A stretch of DNA of 64,000 nt from Lepidodermella squamata (taxonomy: Eukaryota; Animalia; Gastrotricha): contig JBLDXI010000007.1 in NCBI GenBank assembly GCA_047495785.1, positions 806,001 through 870,000 on the forward strand, written 5' to 3'. Position numbers and translations under genes: made by a program. The notes beneath the pieces were generated by a model, which did no database searches, was not told where the DNA came from, and saw only the letters and a program-made list of their open reading frames with translations. Numbering within the stretch: the first letter of the stretch is position 1; every line of letters begins with the position of its first letter. Positions 20,901 to 31,141 of this stretch are shown piece after piece.

Positions 20901-23808
20901 ATTCCAGTTCACCAGTTATGTCAATCCTGATTCAATAGCGACTGACGCCTACCCGCCAGGATGTACAAAAGAAATGATTTACGAGCAAACTAAACAGGCC
21001 TTGTACATTGGGATCCCCGTTGAAGCTGTAGGACGTGAGAACAGTGATGATAGGACAACTCTTGGTCATACTTTAAGAGATTTCGAAGCTCTGTTCGACA
21101 AATACACTAACGGCTACAGATCCCCAGACTACGATTTCCGCCACATGTGCTACGATAGAGCCCTGCAGGGGGCGATAATTCTCGATAAGACGGAAAAGTT
21201 GTTGGCAAAGCAAAATCTATCACTGAGAGATTATCGGAAATTTCCGCGCGAAGTGATGTTGGCGACAAACCAAAGTGCAGCTGAGATAGACTTCTGGAAC
21301 CTTCGGCATGGTCGTTTCCGTTATTCTAAACGGCTCGAATTCGATAATGAGCCTCAAATAGTCACCCGTTGGACGCCGGAAGCTGGTTTGCAACTACTAG
21401 GCAAAATTTCATGCCGCGAAAATTCGACGGCGACAAGCGCAGATTCTTACGAAATCACTCGAATCGATAAGAATTTTCAATGGATTTTCCCACGAGATAA
21501 TGCATTGAAAAATACTGTTATTATCGATATTTCTTGGCAAATTTTCGGCATAATAGCGGGGTCAGCAATTTTAATTTCCTTTTTCCAACTTTCCATACTG
21601 ATCAGAATTTTGATGGCTGAAATCAATAACCATGACAAGCCTATCGCATTAGTAAGTATGGCAATTGTCCTAGCTGCCCTAAATTTGAATGGAACGGCTG
21701 TGGCTTTTATTTTCCCGAATGACCTCGCTTCTCCAGACGGATCTTGCGTCACTAGGGCGGTGATGCTTGTACTAGGGATATCGACGCTACACAGTTGTAT
21801 GAGCATGGTCCTTTTCCGGGTTCACAGAAATCTTCCGGCGCAAACGTTGCTAATGTCGCGAAGCTCAAATTTGCTTCAGACGGCGAATGTTTCGGAGCGA
21901 CCGACACGTACAGCTCAAATTCCTATCGGAAGGGCTTCGATAGTAGCGCCGCGATCTGTCGCGCCGACAAACGAATTATTGCCAACATATGCAGGCCAAA
22001 TACGGCGGGTGTCGGTAGTCAGCCTGCAAGGGGAGGCAACCACGCCTGTGAGGAGGAAATCGTCCGTCGTAACTATGCCGAACCCTCCCGAGCCGATTGG
22101 AACTAACAACCGCGAAGTTCTCCTACCTTCGTTATGTTTCCTAATGGTGAATGTCGGGGTTTTAGCGGCGTGGTTGATATCTGACCCCCTAACAGCTGCC
22201 GAAGTCGTGATTGGCAATCAACTGTATGATGAGCTAACGGACACGTACTCGACATATATTGGCACTGTCTGCCGAAGTAGTTCGGGGGAAGTGTGGGCGG
22301 CTGCTTTATTCGGCTTGAATGCGATTCCGCTGATCGTGGGCATTTTCTGCGCTTTGAAGCTGCGCTATAACAAGCGATCGGCATCTATGCCGGATTTGCG
22401 TTTCTATCAAGTAGCTATCATTTTCTCCGCCTCGCTGTACGGCTGTGCTTTTGGCGCTGTTTTCATCGTAGTGCCCGGAGTACTTCCGCAAATTATTGTC
22501 GCAGTTTCAGTTTTGATCTATTCGCTAAGTTTGAGCCTGGTTACCTGCTACCCAACTGCGAGGGTTCTGTTCTCAAGAGAAACAAGACGAACTTCGGAAA
22601 GTTCGCAGTTTTGACGAAATTGGCGAAAGGCTCGGTCTAAATCGACTCAAAACTTCATTGTACAACAGTTCTAATTCAAATTCAAATGTGCTCCCAGCCA
22701 ATAAAAACGCAAAAAAACAACAGATAACAAACAAAAAATATCTTCTTTTAAAATGAAAAATCAGGGTTCTAACATTAAGCACAAGATTTCTCCTTAATTT
22801 GTTTTTTTGAATTTTACACCTTCCCTTGAATCAAGTAAAAAATTAAAGCTACCAAGACCTCAATTTTAGGGGTGCAAATACGAAGACCCTTAGCTACAGC
22901 GTGTCCCATAAGTAACACAAGCAAAGAAAATACACGGAATAGGGTTCAGAAACTCTAAAATGAGAGACGAAGGCACATCTCACGGCCAGAAAATTTTTAG
23001 AAAAATTGAAAAATCACGAGAATAGTAATCAAGTGAGTCACGTTAATCGTTAATGGGATTAAAAAAGTTCGGAGAAATTTGGTCCAACCGGGTAAAATAC
23101 CGAATAGTACCGAACCAGTTACCATCGGGGTTTTGCCGGGTTTTCTCCGGAAACATGGAATATTTTCTCGGTAGGTTTATTTAAAAAATTGTTGAAATTC
23201 CTACAAAAATTTGCCAAATAAAAAAATTGTTGCGCAACTTCTGGGACACGCTGTATTACTAAATTTATTTTCACCTGAAATAGCGGAAAATAACGCTGAC
23301 CATCACCGATCGCCACATCTGCCGATGCGCCGTGAAGGAGGAGGATTCGAACCCCAGCATCGAAGTAGCACTCAATCGCCCGGTGCAATAGCGCCGCCAT
23401 CAGGCATTGCGGAATTTTGCCCTCCTTTCGCCGAACCAACGTCATCTCCAGCAAATAAGCATCGCCAACACTGACCGCATACCACAACAGCAACTCGAAT
23501 CGGCAGAATGACAACTCGGAGAATTGCATCAACTGATTGGCGAAAATGTGATAGGCTGAATACAACTCATTTCCGTTGACTTCCTTGACAGGTTCCAGTA
23601 TCAGTGTCTTCCCACCATGATTTTCAGGGGCTGCCAGCAGCAAACCGTGGAATGACTCGGTTTTGCAATCTTCTACTACTCCGATGTTGCAAACGCTTGA
23701 AGTCTTGTTCGGTTGATGGGCAAGGCTCGCGGTTTTATGAAGCCCTTCAAAATAGCCCGGTAGCGTAAAAACGCAATTTTCACCAAGTAAACACTGAGAA
23801 AATTCCAT
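17940..23808 (-). CDS. SOCS-box/degenerate ankyrin protein, paralog 2; exons 23808-23275 and 18758-17940 (450 aa)
   Basis: Phase-0 intron CAG|GTGAAA ... TCTCATCGCAG|GTC. The joined YFPLFQ|VCNHG aligns with the uninterrupted DFPIIRLCYDG of paralog 3. SOCS box PRSLMALCRVVV...LNLPQGVVDYI. Confidence 0.85.
18821..18902 (-). tRNA. tRNA-Ser(AGA), copy 2 (intronic)
   Basis: Reverse complement of 4667-4748, T-run downstream. Confidence 0.95.
19248..19375. repeat. 39-bp inverted repeat around a pure A/T spacer
   Basis: ATAATATTGAAGTGAATATGACCGTCATAATATGATATA (19248-19286) and its reverse complement (19337-19375). Confidence 0.9.
20122..22614 (+). CDS. Class C GPCR, GABA-B-like, paralog B, intronless, nested antisense in the intron of SOCS paralog 2
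   Basis: 830-aa ORF closely similar to 4978-7464 along its whole length; AATAAA at ~22700. Confidence 0.87.
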   Translation: MLLIVFMFIQRTVSAQTVFKPYRLSLLSINAFTGYDPRDNLLCKASQQLVIDIINNRTDLLPDYKIELNFANEGPGGNFAPKVAVEYIRKMEDMPDPNLYPAPLNMGPLLAGGCKSWGMMPSYFNMVTLVSSCTAPSQIARRSLYPNIFRPRCSAELSLYSRMHFIKKMTPWRRIALTMNLNTNPFNFETALLFHKIATNEGFEVVTFEASPDFNDEVMAALKRLDIRIFTHEAAESIAGIRFLCQAFRAGMRGPKYFFLFQFTSYVNPDSIATDAYPPGCTKEMIYEQTKQALYIGIPVEAVGRENSDDRTTLGHTLRDFEALFDKYTNGYRSPDYDFRHMCYDRALQGAIILDKTEKLLAKQNLSLRDYRKFPREVMLATNQSAAEIDFWNLRHGRFRYSKRLEFDNEPQIVTRWTPEAGLQLLGKISCRENSTATSADSYEITRIDKNFQWIFPRDNALKNTVIIDISWQIFGIIAGSAILISFFQLSILIRILMAEINNHDKPIALVSMAIVLAALNLNGTAVAFIFPNDLASPDGSCVTRAVMLVLGISTLHSCMSMVLFRVHRNLPAQTLLMSRSSNLLQTANVSERPTRTAQIPIGRASIVAPRSVAPTNELLPTYAGQIRRVSVVSLQGEATTPVRRKSSVVTMPNPPEPIGTNNREVLLPSLCFLMVNVGVLAAWLISDPLTAAEVVIGNQLYDELTDTYSTYIGTVCRSSSGEVWAAALFGLNAIPLIVGIFCALKLRYNKRSASMPDLRFYQVAIIFSASLYGCAFGAVFIVVPGVLPQIIVAVSVLIYSLSLSLVTCYPTARVLFSRETRRTSESSQF
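22897..23253. mobile_element. Tc1/mariner-type MITE
   Basis: 12-bp TIR CAGCGTGTCCCA/TGGGACACGCTG with TA on both sides; an inverted, diverged second copy lies at ~59270-59606. Confidence 0.8.
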
Positions 23809-23975
23809 AATTTCTACAATTAAAAAAAATCAAATTAAATCGAACAATAGGTATAGGTTGTATATAAGTGAGAAGATAAGAATCAGGATGTAACCGGAAA
23901 TCGATCACTATTCGAAAGTATTCAACTCAAGTTTGGCACAAAACACGCCGACCACCTTAATTGTTCAATGTCTCT

Positions 23976-25825
23976 CTAAGAATTAAGCATTCGCAGGAGG
24001 TAGTTATGCTCGCCAAAAATGAGATAATCGTTGATTGGTAAAGGGATTAGTCGATTTGGTGGAGAGCAGAGTTTCGAAATCGCGACGTGCCTAGCAATGT
24101 AACCAGCGGGGAGTTGCTTCAAGACAGTGCGTCGAGCTAGCTGGCGTAACGAAAGAGGGTATCGAGTTCGGATGTTGTCGAGAAAACGAAGCGCGTAACT
24201 ATTCCAGCCGATGAGCTCCAATCGCTTCAAATGATCACTGCACTTTTTGATATTTACAGAAGCACTTGCTCGCAGATCGACGATGAGGTCGAAAATGCGA
24301 CTCGGCCAATTTAAACCATCAATGCCGTGAACCAGCCAGCTTAACATACAAAATCTGACGATTGCACGAAGTTCTATAAAATTAAAAAAATATTACTAAA
24401 ATACCGGACGAGTTGAACTTGGAAAATTTTGGATTTGCAGGTGAATACAATTTTTTTTACATTTTTTGGTTTTGGACAGTATTAATTATAAGCTGATGAG
24501 AGCGATTTTTTTCTTGAATTGCTTAAAAATTCGACCCGAATTCGAGGGGCGAACCTCCTCACACCGCTGCATATGCAAATGGGCGGCCAAAGTAACATAT
24601 AATTTTTCAATTTTCACAAATAATATCAATAGGAAATTACCAAAAATGAGACAAAAATGAAAATAAATTAAAAATTAGCAGAAAAATCAGGAATGCCATT
24701 GCCAAAAAATTGTTCGAATTGTTCTTACGAAAGTTCATTTATAACCTACGAAAACAAGGTTTTGCTTATAGATATCACTCGATAGGGTATCATTAATGTT
24801 GGAAATTTCAACAACAAAATATTCTTACCCATATCACTTTTGGGACAGAATGGGTCGCGCTCCATTCGAACGCCACTACGCAACAGCGGCAAGACGGCTC
24901 CTTCTAGAATTCTAGCCACCTTGAAAGACCGATTCGGATCATCGCCCGCCGTCGCTAGAGCCGCATCCAAAAACGCAACTTCAATCGAATTCGCTTTGAT
25001 GTAGCCAAATTTACGCCTCAGCCGGGCGATGTAGTTCGAATGAAGATTCAGATAGCTTGCCGGGGTGCTCAGGATAATCAACTGTGAAGCATTCGCACTT
25101 CGAAGCGCAAGGTGACTGACGAAATGAATCGGGAGCTCACGCGATTTTGTCAGCGGCGTCGATAGAGTTGCGCCATTTTCAATCAAATATCTCAAGGTCA
25201 GGTCAACCGAATTCGACAAAGGGTTCCTAACCCGACCGTGGTTGTGATAGATCTCAGCATCGCGAATCGGAGCTCCGTCGTAACACAGTCGAATGATGGG
25301 GAAATCTCGAATTTTCGAACCAAGAGCTAAATCGGGCGAAACGCCATAGCGAAGCAGAAGCATGACACCCTCCTCAAATTTCGAGTCGATGCATCGCCTT
25401 AACAGCGCCGCTAAAATGCATTTAGGAATGACAAACGGATGGTTGTCCAGGGTTACTTTCAAATGTTCAGGCGTTCGGCTGCAAATCGAGCACCAGAGCA
25501 GAATTTCGATTCGACAATCAGCGAAACCAGGTGTGCTAGGCATTAAAGCTTCGATAATTTTTCGGTACAGGAAATGAGCTTCGGAGTATGACAGCCGTCT
25601 AGGTGAGTGGAGCAGCAAATGCGAATCGCGTAGGTCAGGGGAGGTCAGGGTTAGCCCGTCAAGTTCGCCGCTGTTTTTCGCTTCGATTACAGAACAGTCG
25701 GCACGTGAGCACATTTTACGCATGACCTCGCGATAGGCGTCCAGCGCTGTCGAACGAAGATCAGTGTCATAATTCTCCCGAGTGAGAGGACAACCAGGTT
25801 GGCATATAATATGCTTGTGAATCAT
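23976..25825 (-). CDS. SOCS-box/degenerate ankyrin protein, paralog 3; exons 25825-24829 and 24373-23976 (464 aa)
   Basis: Phase-1 intron G|GTAAGA...TTTTATAG|AA keeps the frame; SOCS box PLSLRQLARRTVLKQL...IPLPINDYL. Confidence 0.85.
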
Positions 25826-26100
25826 TGCGAAATTAAATTTCTAAGACAAGTTAGAAAAGAGAAAAACTAAAATCTATTTCGCAAATGTAACAAAGAGAAG
25901 ATGACAATTACGTAACAAAATATCAGCAAAATTGAAACACACTAAACAAACTTTTACACATCAAAAATATTTCTCTCTCAATAAAAATGATAAAATTTTC
26001 CAAAACAAAATATTTCACAGCATTAAGGAGGAATACTTAAAATTCACAAATTTCATTTTCTGGGTAAACAAATTAGCGAAAAAACAAATAAAAATCATTG

Positions 26101-27519
26101 TTAGATCATTTTTCCGACGTCAAGTTCGTCGAAATCGAGGTAGCTCGCCATGTTACCAGGCAATTGGAAAATCGAACTCAACCGAGCCGAACAACCAACG
26201 GGCAAACAGCGGAGGACAGCTCGCCGGGCGGTTGATTTCAGCGATCTCGGAAAAGCCGAGTTCAACTTTGCTAGCATTAAAAGTTCCCCTCTTGTGTCTT
26301 CGTCCACAGCTAGACCATCCGATTCATCAAATTTTAACCTACTAGCAGAGGTTCTAGTCATATCAGTCAAGAGTCGAGGCGAAAACAGTTTTTCTGGTTG
26401 AACTTGCCCTTCAATCAGAATTTCGAGAAACGAATGGGAAAATTTGTAAGACGGCAAGTAGTTCATTACTTTCCGAATCTTTCTCAGTTCGGTTGAGTTG
26501 ATAGCTAGCTGAAACCTAGCTCCAGCTCGTAACAAGGCTAAAAGGCCAAAAATCAACATTTTAGCTATCTCTTTCGCCTTGAAATGACCCGGGCGTTGGC
26601 AAAGCAGGAAGTAAAAGCTTTGAAAAGCTGCATAAAAGGGCGATTCCGAAGAATTGTGACAACAGTTTAGGAAGTCGCGACCCAGCTCAATTATCATCAA
26701 GGCGGCTTCCGGGCAAATTACAGCAACATCAACAACAAACCACATAATTTGAAATAAATTTCCATTTGAAATCGGGTTTTCAATCGGGTAAGACATGGGA
26801 AAAGGTTCGAATAAGGCCAACTCTCTACTTGCTCCCTGGCGAATCAGAGACATCAAAATTTTAGCGTGATTACGCGACAATTCCTCGTTGCATTCGATTA
26901 AACCTCGACCTCGAAGATTTTCCGAAAGTTTCCAGACGGCGAGATAAATCGGGCGGTATATACCGCGCCAGATAAAGACAGATACGTTGCCTTTTAGCAT
27001 AGCATCAACACCTTCGAAAAATCCGATTTCAATCGACTTCAAAAGAACTGAAGTCAGGACACATTTCGGAATAACATGACCGGCTAATATCAAAACCCTC
27101 CAAAGTTCCATCTCATTACAGGACTCAATTGTCATCGTGAGAAGAAGGTGAACCTCAGGCGAGTAGTCCGGAATCATTGTGTATCGATGACGAGATGGGT
27201 TTAGATCCGAGACTATAGAATTAATGGCGAATTTCCGAAAATTCACGAGAAATTCGTTTGAGCGAGGTCGTAAGAGATCCAAGTAAAAATGGCCTCCACA
27301 ATAGAATTTCCCGTCGACCCAACTCAGCAGCCTGTTCTCCTCCTCGATCATAGGCGCAGCCAGTGAAACGTTCATTTCAACTTGCTGTTCGAAAACGGGC
27401 GATTTCACGCCGAGTTGAAGAATTACTGCGTTGATGATCGGTTTCGCCTTGGCTAGAATCGATTCCCGAAACCCAGGATGAGACATCGGGCAAAAACCGC
27501 AACAATGGTTCGAAGCCAT
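26101..27519 (-). CDS. SOCS-box/degenerate ankyrin protein, paralog 4, intronless
   Basis: 472 aa; family motifs IPKCVLTSVLLKSIE and LLRAGA; SOCS box PRSLKSTARRAVLRCL...QLPGNMASYL. Confidence 0.82.
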   Translation of the reverse strand: MASNHCCGFCPMSHPGFRESILAKAKPIINAVILQLGVKSPVFEQQVEMNVSLAAPMIEEENRLLSWVDGKFYCGGHFYLDLLRPRSNEFLVNFRKFAINSIVSDLNPSRHRYTMIPDYSPEVHLLLTMTIESCNEMELWRVLILAGHVIPKCVLTSVLLKSIEIGFFEGVDAMLKGNVSVFIWRGIYRPIYLAVWKLSENLRGRGLIECNEELSRNHAKILMSLIRQGASRELALFEPFPMSYPIENPISNGNLFQIMWFVVDVAVICPEAALMIIELGRDFLNCCHNSSESPFYAAFQSFYFLLCQRPGHFKAKEIAKMLIFGLLALLRAGARFQLAINSTELRKIRKVMNYLPSYKFSHSFLEILIEGQVQPEKLFSPRLLTDMTRTSASRLKFDESDGLAVDEDTRGELLMLAKLNSAFPRSLKSTARRAVLRCLPVGCSARLSSIFQLPGNMASYLDFDELDVGKMI

Positions 27520-27618
27520 GATCCAAAAATGATCCTAAAATAACATATTCGAGGAAAAATGACAATTTATTACGAGCTTGAAATTCGCCACGCCAAATGA
27601 TAAATTGAAATGAATTAA

Positions 27619-28601
27619 CCCTTTAATGCCGGCAGCTACTTAGTTTATACAAATTGAGTATACTCATTGGGGAAAATTCACTCATTTTGAGTTAGCTAAC
27701 ATGCAACTTGTGTAAACTCAGTCTGGGAGGCGTTTTTCTGGCTTCTTGGCTTAGGCCGACTATACACACGTGTCACCTGAGTTTACTCATGCTTGAAAAC
27801 TTGTATAAACTCGCGCTTGAGTTAACACAGGAAGAGCGCAAAAATCACATGTATTTTATTCAAGATTTTACAAAATTGATAAAATTGATAAAAAGTTCGC
27901 GATAAAACAGCATGCAGTGGCAACTGGAACGTCGGCTTGCGGCGCAATATCAGCAGCGCAGGTAGACTTCGCGACCAGTTGTTGGCGAGCGCGCTTCGGA
28001 TCCACTGTAGGTACCGCTAAAAGAGGTTGACTTGCCATATTTGAAATAAAACTTAAAATATAAACTAAAGATGTGTGATTTTATGCGCTCTCCCTGTGCA
28101 GTTTATATGTCCGATCGTATGCATTATGAGTGAGCATTTATTATTGCGTAACTATAGAAAACGCATTACTGTTACGCAATGTTATGTTGCGCAACATCTG
28201 CCACGCCATGCGTGCACATCATGTCCTGAATTAATTATTTTCCCCACCAAAAATGAAAAAACGAGATATCGAAATAACTATAGGTGCATGAGTAAACTCA
28301 AGCGACAGTTGTGTTAATACAAAACTGTTTGCATCGATGCACACAAAATAGGCCGCCCGCGCGACCCCCGTGTCATATGGTCGAAATTTGACTGAGTTTA
28401 CACAAAAAGCAGGCGTACCCGTGATTTGCGCGCTCACCTGTGTTACGTAATCAACGCGGCGAGTCTGCGGTTTTCGGAATCGGGTAGTCCAGATGGCCGT
28501 CTAAAATTTTGCAAAGCCGTTTTTCCGGCATAAATCGGGAAGTATGAGAATTCAGGGTGAATAGCCGCAGTTTGAGTATACACGTTCCCGGCATTAGAGG
28601 G
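27619..28601. mobile_element. Non-autonomous piggyBac-type element
   Basis: TTAA on both sides; TIRs CCCTTTAATGCCGG / CCGGCATTAGAGGG (1 mismatch); recurring internal GAGT(A/T)(T/A)AC motifs; no transposase ORF. Confidence 0.8.
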
Positions 28602-28770
28602 TTAAAAAGTTCAATCTAACATTTAAAAAAAATTAGACATCTGAAGGTTTGGTTTAATCACAGGATTTAGCGTAGGGTGGATTAGTTTTCGAGCAAATCA
28701 ACAAAATCAGAACAACAAATGAATTTCACTTCATTCAATCTCACTTGTCCATGTTTTTGATTGCCAAGAA

Positions 28771-30650
28771 TTACGGTTTCGCCCCAATTTCCGGCGTTTT
28801 TCCCTTCCAATCAGGCAAAGTTGGGTCAGCTTTGTGTTTCAGAAGTAAAGCCACAACATCAGGTTGGCGCTTTTCGACCATGAAATGCAACGGGCGGGTG
28901 AATTCGGACTTCTTCAAATAAATTTTCACGTTAGGATCAGCACCAGCTTCCAGCAGCATCTTCACTCGATCGTATGAATCCTTACTTTTTCGAGCTCGTA
29001 AAGCCATTTCAAGAGCGGATTTGTTAGCTTTATTCAAGCGATTCACGTCAGCTCCACGGGAAATTAGACATTCCACAACGTCAACGGCCTTCGCAACCAT
29101 GAGCAACGTATTTCCCTTGTCATCAGCGTAGTTGACATCGAAGCCATTGTCAAGATATGCCTCGACAACTTCCGATTCGGCATAGCTATTGTCGCTAACC
29201 AAACCAAACAAGAAGGTCTTGCCTTTCCCATCGGCTGAATAAGCATCAGCCCCTCGAGATAACAGCAGCCGGATAGCGCTAGCGTTTTCTACCGTGACGG
29301 CATCTTCCAGTGCTCGTTTAGTGACTGGTGCGCCACGGTTGACAAATTCCGAAACGATGTGGCAACAAGCACCGGCTGAAATGACTTGATTGAAAAAGGC
29401 ATTTTCACTCTCTTTCCGGCAAACAAAATGAGGATATCGGTTTAGGACCATCTTCCATTCAGCCAGACGGGTAGGATCTTCCTCCTCGACAATGTCGAGA
29501 AGTCGCTTTTTCTGAAACAAAAACAAATAAAAATCGAATCGAGATAAAAATTTCAAGATACCTCAAGGTAATTTTTTGCCTGACTCGGGAAACAGAGTTT
29601 GAGAAATTGAAAATTATCTCCCGCTGAACCTCCGATGAACGCCACATTTTCCGGGAAGTTCTTAATTACTTCAACGCCGTTGTAGATGGTCTTAAAGAAG
29701 GGAAAATCAAACTTTATATAAAATAATTTTATTTAGATTTGACGCACTTTGACTTCAATCGACCCAATCGGGGCCAACTTCACATCGTAAAACATGATTT
29801 TTTGCTTCTTGTCCCCACTGCGAATAACGAGTGGCGCCTTGAAAACGTCAATGAACTAAAAAATTCGTCAATTATGAAAACATTAAGAAAATTGAAAAAT
29901 TGATACCTGTCTCAAGGCGGTTGAAATTCTAAGTAGCCAGAAACTACTCAGATTTTTGGCATGGGTCATCAATATTTGACAATTCATTTCTCCGCTGATA
30001 AAGCGAGGCTTTAGTTCCTGGATTTTTTTAATCCAATCTTCCATTGATACAGGAGGCTGCTCGAGAGCGAGCCTGCTTGAATCCCAAATGAGATCCTCAC
30101 CTAAGCTAACACAGATTCGATTGAATAGCGGCTCTTTTCTCAAAGCCGTAGCGAGATTTTTAAGAGCGTTGGGAACCGCTAGAAATCGTTGGCAAAGTTC
30201 GCGACCGAATTCGCATTTGATCAAACCCTCCCAAAGAATTTTACCACGCGTAATCTGAAGCCAGCTAGAAAAAATATTGCTTACAAAATTGTCCAATTCT
30301 GATTGAATACGTACCTCTTGCAAACTGTGGCACAAGTTAGAAAGAGCTCCTCCAATTGAAGATGGAGGAAAATCTTTGTCGACAATTCGGGAGGTAGCTT
30401 GGAAATGAAGTCATCGCAAACGATAGGCGTTTCATAACGGCATTTCTTCATTGCAGGCTCTTCGTTGTTATCCAGCAAATCTGTCAATAGAGGCATGGCA
30501 TCACTCCACGGGTCAATGTCATCCTGTGGGAAACATAAATAAAGAATAAAGAAACATATGGAAATGAGTTGAAGCAGTTACAAAGTCGTAGTTTTCGTCC
30601 GAAAAATCATTGCTGTCATCATCTGAGTCCCAGTCTTCGGAAAAGAACAT
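28771..30650 (-). CDS. F-box / middle domain / ankyrin-repeat protein, unit 1 (6 exons, including an extra acidic first exon)
   Basis: MFFSEDWDSDDD exon; F-box ISKLPPELSTKIFLHL...VCKR; exons splice in frame to the ANK exon (~29511-28771) with GADVN and GADPN repeats. Confidence 0.8.
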
Positions 30651-31141
30651 TATCTATTTATCAAAAAAGATTCAAAAACTTGAGTTATGCAAATGCTTGT
30701 TGTGTTATGACAAGAGTTGTCAAAATCTGTCAACCGTAGCCATCACACATTCAAAAGGGGGGAATCTTCAAAATTCAAAAGAAAATCGGCTGCAATGAAC
30801 AATTTAGGCCAGGGGACTTAGATCGGTAATTTTGAGGTTCGAAATCCCATTTTGAAACGTGATGTTCAGCCATTTTTCTTTCTATTATCAATAATCTAAA
30901 TAAAAACAACAATCCTGGTATTTGATGTCTTTGAGGTTTGAGTGACAGTTGAAAGAACGACATCAAAAATAATCACGAGTAATCCGTAAGTGAAGTCAAT
31001 GTGGCACAAACGAGTAATCCTAGAAGTTGCGTGCTTCACAAATTTATCAAAAATATGTACCACCAGCTTAGGTAAGTATGTAACTGCGTCACAAAGTGGG
31101 ACGACTTCGGCCCATACTATTGCAACTTCAAGAAATTTGGC

